Assembly: GCA_965240465.1 (NCBI GenBank)
Contig: OZ251219.1
Coordinates: forward strand, 1,184,001 to 1,248,000
Length of the DNA: 64,000 bases
Reading direction: 5' to 3'
DNA from: a bacterium
GTDB lineage: Bacteria; SAR324; JACQKK01
The translations under genes were made by a program, and so were the position numbers. Shown here piece after piece: positions 41,244 to 49,714 of the stretch (position 1 is its first letter; every line of letters starts with the position of its first letter). The notes beneath the pieces were generated by a model that was given only the letters and a program-made list of their open reading frames with translations, did not search any database and was not told where the DNA came from.

Positions 41244-43238
41244 TTATAGGGCTGTTTTAATGGGAGGGAGGGGGAGGGGGGGGCTGCGAGGGGCATGTAG
41301 CAGTGCCAACAGGGTACCTAGTGCCAGAAATGGAAAGGAGAGCCAGATCATCAGTACCAGTGGATTTAACAATACTCTCAAGGTTATGGAGTTGTCATCG
41401 TTTTCTGAAGTTAGCACGATGTAGAGGTCTTGTGTAAGGGTGCGGTGGATGGCGACTTCGGTGAGTGGTTCGGGTTGGGTGGAATAGAAGCTACGGGCGG
41501 GTTTAAGAGTTTTGATTTTTTTTCCATTGCGAAAGATTTCCAATTCGGCATAGCGGAGGCGTACATTTTGCTGCTTTTCTTCGTTGAGTTGGCGGAAGTT
41601 TAGTTGATAAGCACCAGCCTCGGCTACCTGACCTGGGAGCATGGTAAAGAAGAATTCCTGCTTAAAGAAATTCCCAGCTAGTCCGATGAATAACACTACC
41701 ACTCCCAGATGAACCAAAGCACTGCCCGATTTTTGGCGATCGCGTTTGATGACATCCCTTAAGGCACGCGATAGGCTTAAGGAGCGTTGGCGAGCGAGGA
41801 GACGCACATGCTTGAAATAATCCGATAACAAGATGCTGGCAGTAAATCCTGCAATGGCGAATATCAGCAAGGCTGCCGCCGAACGTACTCCGCTGGCGAA
41901 GCCACTAGCTCCTACTAGAATGGCTACCAGAAAAGGTATTCGTGCATTGTGTAGTAATAGTTCTCCGCTGGAGCGATGCCAAGCTGCGAGATGTCCTAAG
42001 CCCATTAGCAACAGCAAGCCAATTCCTAGGGGAGCGGTTATCGTGTTAAAGAAGGGTGCCTGAATGGAGATCCTGACTCCCACTAGGGCTTCTGCCAGCA
42101 ACGGAAATATGGTACCCAGCAATACCGTGAAGGCTAATCCCATCAAAAGAAGGTTGTTTAACAGGAAGGCACTTTCGCGGCTGAGTAGATGATCTGCGGT
42201 ATGCTGAGATTCCAGCTGCTTAATTCTCCAACATAGCAACCAGAAGCTGCCAATCAGTATCACTGCTAAGAAGCCCAAAAACAGGGGGCCAATCTCGGAT
42301 TCTGCAAATGAATGTACCGAATTCAGTACTCCAGAGCGAACGATGAAGGTCCCCAAAATGCTGAGTGAAAAGGTGATAATAATTAAGGCGAGGTTCCACA
42401 CTTTCATCATGTGGCGTCGCTGTTGCAAAATCACGGAATGCAAAAACGCGGTGCTAGTGAACCAGGGTAATAAAGCCGAATTCTCTACGGGATCCCAACC
42501 CCAGTAGCCTCCCCAGCCAAGTTCTTCATAAGCCCATTGCCCGCCTAGCATCAAACCGCAGGTCAGGGAAAACCAAGCTACCAGCGTCCAACGGCGGGTA
42601 CTATTTACCCAGTCATTGTTGAGTTTGCCACTGATGAGGCTGGCAATCGCAAATGCAAAGGGTACGCTAAATCCAATATAACCCAAATACAGCATAGGAG
42701 GATGAATAGCCATAGCTGGATGTTGTAACAAGGGATTTAAACCACGACCATCGGTGGGAACGGGATGTTGCCAAACAATAGGATTGTTCCAAGTAAGCAA
42801 CAACAATAACAAAAATAACTGAATGGCATTCAAACAAACCAAAATCCAAGGATAAGTCTCATCATGCTTATCACGATGCAAATAAGCGGTCGCCGCCGCA
42901 AACCCCGATAGTATCAACTCCCAAAAGAGCAAAGAACCCTCCCGACCACCCCAAAAGGCAGCAAACTTGTAAAATAAGGGCAAATCTAAACTGGAATTCT
43001 CCCACACAAATCGCAGTGAAAAATCATCGGTGATCAAGGCACGCCACAAAACTAGGCTGGATAACAACACCAAACCAAAATTTAAATAAGTCGCCCGCCT
43101 AGCCGCTAAAACCAAATTCCCACTGTTACGATGTACCCCTAAAACTGGCATCCAAGTGCCACAAAAACTCACTCCCCACGCGGCTACCAAACTAAAATAC
43201 CCCACCTGATTCCAAAACTCGGTGCTTAATAATATCAA
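41244..43238 (-). CDS. ccmF: Cytochrome c heme lyase CcmF
   Basis: GLNPLLQHP, WGGYWGWDPVEN and SVHSF motifs. Confidence 0.96.
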   Translation of the reverse strand: MILLSTEFWNQVGYFSLVAAWGVSFCGTWMPVLGVHRNSGNLVLAARRATYLNFGLVLLSSLVLWRALITDDFSLRFVWENSSLDLPLFYKFAAFWGGREGSLLFWELILSGFAAATAYLHRDKHDETYPWILVCLNAIQLFLLLLLLTWNNPIVWQHPVPTDGRGLNPLLQHPAMAIHPPMLYLGYIGFSVPFAFAIASLISGKLNNDWVNSTRRWTLVAWFSLTCGLMLGGQWAYEELGWGGYWGWDPVENSALLPWFTSTAFLHSVILQQRRHMMKVWNLALIIITFSLSILGTFIVRSGVLNSVHSFAESEIGPLFLGFLAVILIGSFWLLCWRIKQLESQHTADHLLSRESAFLLNNLLLMGLAFTVLLGTIFPLLAEALVGVRISIQAPFFNTITAPLGIGLLLLMGLGHLAAWHRSSGELLLHNARIPFLVAILVGASGFASGVRSAAALLIFAIAGFTASILLSDYFKHVRLLARQRSLSLSRALRDVIKRDRQKSGSALVHLGVVVLFIGLAGNFFKQEFFFTMLPGQVAEAGAYQLNFRQLNEEKQQNVRLRYAELEIFRNGKKIKTLKPARSFYSTQPEPLTEVAIHRTLTQDLYIVLTSENDDNSITLRVLLNPLVLMIWLSFPFLALGTLLALLHAPRSPPLPLPPIKTAL

Positions 43239-43339
43239 TTCTGATGCCCTTGCTTTCTCATGCTCAACTAACGGATTCTGCTAATGGATTCTGCTAACGG
43301 ATTTCGCTAATGGATTCTGCTAATGGATTTCGCTAATAA

Positions 43340-43789
43340 TTATTTGGATAACAAACTTTTATAGAGCAGTTTCTTATCGGCATGCCAAGTTTCGTCTGCT
43401 TGGTATTCCTCGCTATGCTTGACTAGTAGGCGTTCGGCCCGTAGCGTGCCATCTGCTTGCAGCCGACCTTCGGCTACCACTCCCTGTCCTTCCCTGAATA
43501 AATCGGGACGAGCCCCGACAAAATGTACCCGCAGCTCTTGCTGACCATCGGTCACCACGAATCTCAGGAGAACCTGCTGGGGATCCCAACTCACGCTACG
43601 CGGACGCACCAATCCGCCTATCCTCAGGCGACGACCAAGAAAACTGGCTGGCTCGGCTTGAACTTCGGCTGGAGTATGAAAAAATACCGCATTGTTCCAT
43701 CCTTGCCAAACTACGATCGCAAATATCGCCAGAGCCAGCAGACCATAAATGGCATATTGCAGCTGGTTCTTGCTCATTGCAATGCCCAT
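43340..43789 (-). CDS. ccmE: Heme chaperone CcmE
   Basis: RIGGLV, PDLFREGQGVV and KHSEEY (HxxxY) motifs. Confidence 0.95.
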   Translation of the reverse strand: MGIAMSKNQLQYAIYGLLALAIFAIVVWQGWNNAVFFHTPAEVQAEPASFLGRRLRIGGLVRPRSVSWDPQQVLLRFVVTDGQQELRVHFVGARPDLFREGQGVVAEGRLQADGTLRAERLLVKHSEEYQADETWHADKKLLYKSLLSK

Positions 43790-43833
43790 TTATTTTTATA
43801 AAGGTTCAGTTAGTACCTATCTCTAGTTTTAGA

Positions 43834-44571
43834 CTAAACTTCTAAAGTTTGCTCGTCTAGGATTTCTTGTTCCCGAAGGACTTGCAAACGCAATCTAAGC
43901 AGAAACAAGTACCAAATGGTGAACACAAACATTGATGCCAATAAAGGCCAAAGCAATGATGGAGACATAGCAATACGCGGACCACCACTACCAATCTTAA
44001 ACAAGCTGGAAGGCTGATGCAACGTACGCCACCAGCTCACCGAAATATGCACTAAGGGAATGTTTAAAAACCCCACAATGCCTATGATGGCTGCCAATCG
44101 ACTCCGAACATCGCTATTTTCTCCAGCCAGCCGCAGTAAAACATAGGAGCAGTAAATCAACAGCAAGACCAGGGTAGTGGTCAAGCGGGCATCCCAGACC
44201 CAATATACGCCCCAAGTGGAGCGTCCCCAGATGGCACCGCTCGCCAAACCCAAAAAGCAGAACAATACTCCCACCTCGGCTGAAGATTTAGCTAAGCTAT
44301 CGGCTCTCTCGCTATCCTGCCACAAATACACAATGCTACTGACAAACACCACCGTAAAAGCCAAATAAGCCGTATAAATAGAAGGCACATGCACATACAT
44401 TATCTTTTGCAGAACACCCATTTCCACTGCAGGAGGAGTAAATAAAAATATCCACCCCCACACCAGAAACAAAAGCAATAAGCTGGCCACTCCCAGCAAA
44501 ACCGTGACTGCCCCCCCAACATTCATCCGTGCATCATCAAGTTTCTTATTCATTCGTCCAACACATCTCAC
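43834..44571 (-). CDS. ccmC: Heme exporter protein CcmC
   Basis: YVHVP, WGVYWVWDARLT and WWRTLHQ motifs. Confidence 0.95.
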   Translation of the reverse strand: MRCVGRMNKKLDDARMNVGGAVTVLLGVASLLLLFLVWGWIFLFTPPAVEMGVLQKIMYVHVPSIYTAYLAFTVVFVSSIVYLWQDSERADSLAKSSAEVGVLFCFLGLASGAIWGRSTWGVYWVWDARLTTTLVLLLIYCSYVLLRLAGENSDVRSRLAAIIGIVGFLNIPLVHISVSWWRTLHQPSSLFKIGSGGPRIAMSPSLLWPLLASMFVFTIWYLFLLRLRLQVLREQEILDEQTLEV

Positions 44572-44849
44572 ATCTCTAACAAATCTCTAACACATCTCTA
44601 ACAAATCCCCGCCCAGATCGCCCTGAAAAACCTGACATATTCTAGTCTGAAACCATCATAAAAGATATGCTAGACCTCAATTGGATAAAAAACCTATCAA
44701 ATGCTTGACTAATGGCTTGACTAATGGCTTGACTAATGCCATCTGAGTATGTACTATGGGTCAGTGCTAACCGATGCATACCTTCACTGGGTGCATATTT
44801 GTATGCAATATGCTCGCTATTGACCGCCCGCGTCGTCAGAGGAGAACTA

Positions 44850-45317
44850 ATGAAAAATTATCTTTTAGGGGCATTCGTGGTGCTTTTGTTGACATCCTGC
44901 GTTGATGTGAGCGGCTCTGCATCTGCTACAAAAAGAGAAGAAGTGGTTCCGTCATATGAATACAAAGAGTGTAAATTAGAAAGGGTTGATTATAGTATTA
45001 CACTAATGAATTCTACCGGTACCGATAGAAAGTTGAGAATTGGTGATTCTACATCATCAAGTGGCTCTGTACGTAGCTCTGTTAGGTCCAGTGGTTTTTA
45101 TGTAGCCCAAATTTCCATCCGCGAAAGAGGTATATTGAGTATAACTGTCAAAAGTGATAACGGTAGATGGGAATTAATTTCAGCGAGCGACTGTTCTGAT
45201 TTTCACCCCTCTAGCACAACCGTAGCACCACTTGGAGCTTATTACTTAGTGGTGTATTCTCTGGCCGGTGGTGAACAAGTGCGATATTACTTTGAAGCTA
45301 CTCTAAGTAGTCCGTAG
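44850..45317 (+). CDS. Hypothetical lipoprotein
   Basis: GGAGA RBS; signal MKNYLLGAFVVLLLTSC with lipobox. Confidence 0.7.
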   Translation: MKNYLLGAFVVLLLTSCVDVSGSASATKREEVVPSYEYKECKLERVDYSITLMNSTGTDRKLRIGDSTSSSGSVRSSVRSSGFYVAQISIRERGILSITVKSDNGRWELISASDCSDFHPSSTTVAPLGAYYLVVYSLAGGEQVRYYFEATLSSP

Positions 45318-45370
45318 TCATAGGTCACAGCCAGCCCTTCTTCGCAATGAGAGGGGGGTGGGTGAGGCTA

Positions 45371-46183
45371 TCAAGGTTTCGCGTGGCAGATGCGTCCATC
45401 TTGTAGCACTATCGTTTGACTAGCCAGTGGCTGGATAATTTCGGGCTGGTGGGAAGTTATCAGCACCGAGCCACCTATTTGCAAGTGATGGCGAATAATA
45501 TCCCTGAATTGAGTGCGGGCAGCGAGGTCTAGGTTGCTGAAGGGTTCATCCAGAAGCCAAATGCGGGGCTGATGTAAAAACAGTCGTGCCAAAGCTAAGC
45601 GTTGTATCATTCCCCGACTGAAATTGGCGACTGGCTCGGTAGCTACTGCTTGCAGTCTCAGGAGCTTGAGGGATTTCGCGACTACAGCTGGTGGCAAACC
45701 ATATAGGCCAGCCAGCAGTGATAGATTCTCCTTGGCACTAAGCTCCAAATAAAACCGATGCTCATGGGCAATCCAGCCGATATCTTGCCTCGCCCGAGCT
45801 GCTGCCTGTGACAGTAGTTCTCCTCGCCAGCGGATCTGCCCGAGGGCTAGTTTCTGTAGTCCACAGCAAGCTTGCAGCAGAGTGGTTTTACCAGCTCCAT
45901 TGGCACCCAATAGCAGACATAGTTGACCTTCCTTCAGGGTCATTGAAATGTTTTCAAGACCCCAGCCGCGGTTCCAGCGAACACCTATCTGGCTCAGCTG
46001 CAAGGGAGGGGCGTTCGAGTTTGGGGCAGTTGAGTTTGGGGCAGTTGAGTTTGGGGCGTTTGAGTTTGTATTGCAATCTGCAGTATTTTGGTACTCGGTA
46101 CTGCGAGAGCTGGTACTTTGCAAAGCAGTAGGCATGTTTTTTTGGTTTAGGCTGTGATAGTCTTGAATGGTTGTTGCTACCAT
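45371..46183 (-). CDS. ccmA: Heme ABC exporter ATP-binding protein CcmA; start uncertain
   Basis: GANGAGKT, FSRGM, LLDEP and ITSH motifs; ccm context. Confidence 0.85.
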   Translation of the reverse strand: MVATTIQDYHSLNQKNMPTALQSTSSRSTEYQNTADCNTNSNAPNSTAPNSTAPNSNAPPLQLSQIGVRWNRGWGLENISMTLKEGQLCLLLGANGAGKTTLLQACCGLQKLALGQIRWRGELLSQAAARARQDIGWIAHEHRFYLELSAKENLSLLAGLYGLPPAVVAKSLKLLRLQAVATEPVANFSRGMIQRLALARLFLHQPRIWLLDEPFSNLDLAARTQFRDIIRHHLQIGGSVLITSHQPEIIQPLASQTIVLQDGRICHAKP

Positions 46184-46261
46184 TTCAGATTAACATGGAG
46201 CAGCAGATAAGTGCCTTACTATCTTTTATGAGCGGCTGGCAATATCTCATAGGCGATTTTC

Positions 46262-47761
46262 TTGAACGTTGACAACCCTCAGCTCAGTTCTTTGCGGTCC
46301 CGTTCCCCAGAGGGATTACCTGCGAGTGTCCATTTGATTGGAATTTGTGGCACGGGGATGGCAGCCCTAGCCGCGGGATTACAAGCCCAAGGGGTGCGAG
46401 TTTCGGGTTCGGATGCTCGTAGGCAGCCTCCCATCAGTGAGTACTTGGACGCTCTCAAGATAAGCTTTAATCAGGGATATTGCCCTCAAAATTTGCCTGC
46501 TGAGGTGGATAGTATCGTGATCGGCAATGCGATTGTGAGCGATAATTCCGAAGCTCAAGCAGCCTTGAACAGCGGAAAGCCGTGCCTTTCCATGCCGCAT
46601 GCGGTGCGAGAATGGCTAATTCAGTCCCGCGATGCCTTGGTAGTGGTGGGTACCCATGGCAAGACTACCATCACTTCGTTAATGGCTCATGTGCTATCTG
46701 GTTTGGGAGAAGACCCTGGCTACTTGGTGGGGGGGATTTCTCGTGATTTACAAGGGGCAGGAGAGGGTCGTTGGTTCGTGGTGGAGGGCGATGAATATGA
46801 TAGTGCCTTTTTTGATAAGACCCCCAAGTTTTTTAAGTACCTACCTCATTGGTTGATATTCACTCAGCTGGAGTTTGACCATGCTGATATTTATTCTGAT
46901 CTGAGTGCCATCCGCGAGCAGTTTAGATTATTGTTACAGGGTCTCCCCGCCGATGGATTGCTAGTTGCCTGTTATGATGTTCCTGAGGTGCGTGCTTTGC
47001 TATCGGCATCCAACTGCGAGGTGGTGACCTATGGATTTGACCCTCAGGCTGATTTTCGTTTGCTGGATTGGCAAGCCGATGGCTGGTGGGGAACCTTTGG
47101 TACTAAAGGGGAGGGCGGTACTAAAGGGGAGGGCGGTACTAAAGGGGAGGGCAGTACTAAAGGGGAGGGCAGTACTAAAGGGGAGGGGCAAAATCGCTGG
47201 CGAATTCCCTTGGTCGGCAAGCACAATGCTCTGAATGCAGCCGCAACGATATTGGTAGCGCGGAGATTAGGATATTCAGCTGAGGATATTCAGTCGGTGC
47301 TAGCTAAGTTTTCAGGGGTGCGGCGGAGGATGGAGTTGCGTGGCGAAAAAAGAGGAATCTTGGTTCTGGATGATTTTGCTCATCATCCTACCGCAGTAGC
47401 TGTTGCCATTGAGGCGGCTTTGAAAGCTTGGCCTGAGCGTCGTTTATGGGCGGTATTTGAGCCTCGTAGTTGGACGGCTAGCAGTTCGTATTTCCAGCAG
47501 GAGTTTATCAAGGCATTTGAGGGAGCTCCACACGTAGTGATTGCTCCCGCATTTCGCTCAGCCGTGGGCGACAAACCTTTATTGGATGTTCAGGCCCTGG
47601 CGGATGCTCTAATTGCTCAGGGTCAAGATGCCCACAGCCCTACCGATACTAATGGCATTCTTAGCCTGCTTACCAAGCAACTACAAGCAGGAGACGCAGT
47701 ACTGATAATGTCCAATGGCGACTTTGAACAATTACATTCCCGCTTACTAGAAGCTCTTTAG
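46262..47761 (+). CDS. mpl: Murein peptide ligase Mpl
   Basis: HLIGICGTGM, GTHGKTT, EGDEYDSAFFDK, EFDHADIY, DDFAHHPTA and MSNG motifs. Confidence 0.9.
   Translation: MNVDNPQLSSLRSRSPEGLPASVHLIGICGTGMAALAAGLQAQGVRVSGSDARRQPPISEYLDALKISFNQGYCPQNLPAEVDSIVIGNAIVSDNSEAQAALNSGKPCLSMPHAVREWLIQSRDALVVVGTHGKTTITSLMAHVLSGLGEDPGYLVGGISRDLQGAGEGRWFVVEGDEYDSAFFDKTPKFFKYLPHWLIFTQLEFDHADIYSDLSAIREQFRLLLQGLPADGLLVACYDVPEVRALLSASNCEVVTYGFDPQADFRLLDWQADGWWGTFGTKGEGGTKGEGGTKGEGSTKGEGSTKGEGQNRWRIPLVGKHNALNAAATILVARRLGYSAEDIQSVLAKFSGVRRRMELRGEKRGILVLDDFAHHPTAVAVAIEAALKAWPERRLWAVFEPRSWTASSSYFQQEFIKAFEGAPHVVIAPAFRSAVGDKPLLDVQALADALIAQGQDAHSPTDTNGILSLLTKQLQAGDAVLIMSNGDFEQLHSRLLEAL
47099..47188 (+). repeat. In-frame 18-bp tandem repeat (GTKGEG), 5 copies, in mpl
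   Basis: (g/a)gtactaaaggggagggc units. Confidence 0.92.
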
Positions 47762-47857
47762 CTATTTAGCTCCTTAGCTCTTTAGCTCCTTAGCTCTTTA
47801 GCTCTTTAGCTATTTAGCTCTTTAGCTATTTAGCTATTTAGCTCTTTAGCTATTTAG
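47752..47857 (+). repeat. 8-bp tandem repeat, about 13 copies, seeded on the mpl stop codon
   Basis: agctcttt/agctattt/agctcctt units. Confidence 0.92.
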
Positions 47858-47939
47858 GAAGAAATGAGGGCGGGATGAGATGGGGGGAGATGGGCAGGGC
47901 AGGGCGGGGCGGGGGGGGTTAACAGGCAGGGCGGGGGGG

Positions 47940-48701
47940 TTAACAGGCGGTCCAGTGTACTCGCATGCCTTGACCAGAAAAAATTAGCTCGTCTATTCGG
48001 ACTCGCAATTTTTGCTGAAGGGGAATAACTAGCAAAATGCCCGGTCTAAAAGCAGGAATATAAGGCATTTCCATTATCCCTCGGCGGAGGTCAACATCGT
48101 TGATCAGCTCAGATTTTAGCTGTAAAGGCTGACCCACAAAGGGAGCACGCATCCAAGGTCCCCAATAAACACTACCATCTGGCAACTGACTCCAAACTGC
48201 CCCTGGCACCCCCCAAGCCTTCCCCACCAAAGATAATGCCTCCGAACCTAAATTACTCAGGTCAAACCTAGGACGCCTATTATTCAATAAGGACATCTCC
48301 TTAGGCATCACAAAGGTTAAACCACATTGCAAACCTATCTCAGCCACTACCTCGCGAGCATTGCAATCATCCATCTGCAAGTGTACCCGATTCCTCAGGG
48401 TATGCACCGCTTCTCGCACGTGGAGAATCCAATCGCTACTTCCTTTGCGTACCTGCCATACCACTCCTCTGATAACCTGATACCCCGCAGATCTCCCCGC
48501 ATCTCTCTCCCCCGCAGCTCCTCCTACTCCCACAAATAACTCCGCCAAAGCTCCCACTGGAGAACGACCCACCATGGGTACTCGCAATAGCCCCTCCCCC
48601 ACTCGTCCTAGACCCAAGCGAACTTGGTCTCCGCGTAGTTGGGCAATGCGACCATCTAGCAGCAGTCTTTTTTGTAATCTAAAAAGATTCTTTTTTTCCA
48701 T
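47940..48701 (-). CDS. Hypothetical protein resembling phage tail/baseplate hub proteins
   Basis: Segments AREVVAEIGLQCGLTFVMP and WSQLPDGSVYWGPW recall HP1/K139-type myophage tail proteins (recognition from memory only). Confidence 0.45.
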   Translation of the reverse strand: MEKKNLFRLQKRLLLDGRIAQLRGDQVRLGLGRVGEGLLRVPMVGRSPVGALAELFVGVGGAAGERDAGRSAGYQVIRGVVWQVRKGSSDWILHVREAVHTLRNRVHLQMDDCNAREVVAEIGLQCGLTFVMPKEMSLLNNRRPRFDLSNLGSEALSLVGKAWGVPGAVWSQLPDGSVYWGPWMRAPFVGQPLQLKSELINDVDLRRGIMEMPYIPAFRPGILLVIPLQQKLRVRIDELIFSGQGMRVHWTAC

Positions 48702-48916
48702 TTGCCATCAGATATTTTTATCCTTCATTTTTGCGATGTGTTTTTACGACGTATTTTTGTGATGTATTTTTATGCTGTGTTTCTATAATGTATTTCTATA
48801 ATGTATCTTTATGACTTGCACCTATTTGATTATTATCTTAAAACAAGAGCAGGTCTTAGTAGTCCTATTTTTATTGATAAACACTTTTTTTGGTAATTAG
48901 TGTAGTCTTCGGTGTC

Positions 48917-49411
48917 ATGTCTCAAGAATTACTTAGCAAACTGGAAAGCAAAATCTCCCTAGCGGTGGATGCCATCAGAGAACTGCGTCAAGAGAACCAA
49001 ATCCTACGACAAGAAAGAACCACTCTGGAACAAAAATTACAAAGCCTGCTTGATAAAACCAGTGACCTCCAAAACACTGCTGAGGACATCAAAGAAAGCA
49101 CTCGCGACCAATCGGCTTTTAATTCCTCCAGCACAGAACAAGCTAATTCATTTACTCCAAATGATTTCAGCACTCCCTCCGATGATCAATCCCCTTCCAA
49201 TACTCCCGATAGATCCGCTGACGAACTACGCTCCAGCTTTGATTCAAACCTTCAAACACAGCTGGAAACACAACAAATAGCAGAAGCACCCGATAGTTCC
49301 ATTCTTACCGAAGACCCCGAACTGTCCGACCGACCGTCAGCCGATCTGCCGCCAGCCGATCTGCCGCCAGCCGATCTGCCAACCAGCTGGAGAAGTGGGG
49401 AGCAAGAGTAG
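48917..49411 (+). CDS. zapB: ZapB-like coiled-coil cell division protein with disordered acidic tail
   Basis: MSQELLSKLESKISLAVDAIRELRQEN matches the ZapB N-terminal pattern. Confidence 0.65.
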   Translation: MSQELLSKLESKISLAVDAIRELRQENQILRQERTTLEQKLQSLLDKTSDLQNTAEDIKESTRDQSAFNSSSTEQANSFTPNDFSTPSDDQSPSNTPDRSADELRSSFDSNLQTQLETQQIAEAPDSSILTEDPELSDRPSADLPPADLPPADLPTSWRSGEQE

Positions 49412-49520
49412 GACGCGGGAACAAGCGGGGAAAATCACAGGCACGGGAGGGTTGAGGGCGAAAAAGGGGATGCGAGAGGGTGGGGGGTGGGGGGTTGCGA
49501 GGGTGCGGGGAATAACAGGC

Positions 49521-49679
49521 GGGAATAAGGGAAAATCAGGTGCGGGAATAAGGGAAAATCAGGTGCGGGGATAAGGGAAAATCAGGCACGGGAGGGGCAG
49601 CCACTGATGCCTTGGCAGCCACTGATGCCTTGGCAGCCACTGCTGCCTTGGTAGCCACTGCTACCTCGGTAGCCACTAC
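49521..49679 (+). repeat. Two adjacent tandem arrays: 23-bp x3 and 18-bp x4-5
   Basis: gggaataagggaaaatcaggtgc, then gcagccactgatgccttg. Confidence 0.88.
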
Positions 49680-49714
49680 CTTGGACTGCTCCATACATAC
49701 TCTTTTCTGCCGTG

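Noticed and set aside
47940-48701. Intact prophage
   Set aside because: No integrase, terminase, capsid or other phage genes nearby.
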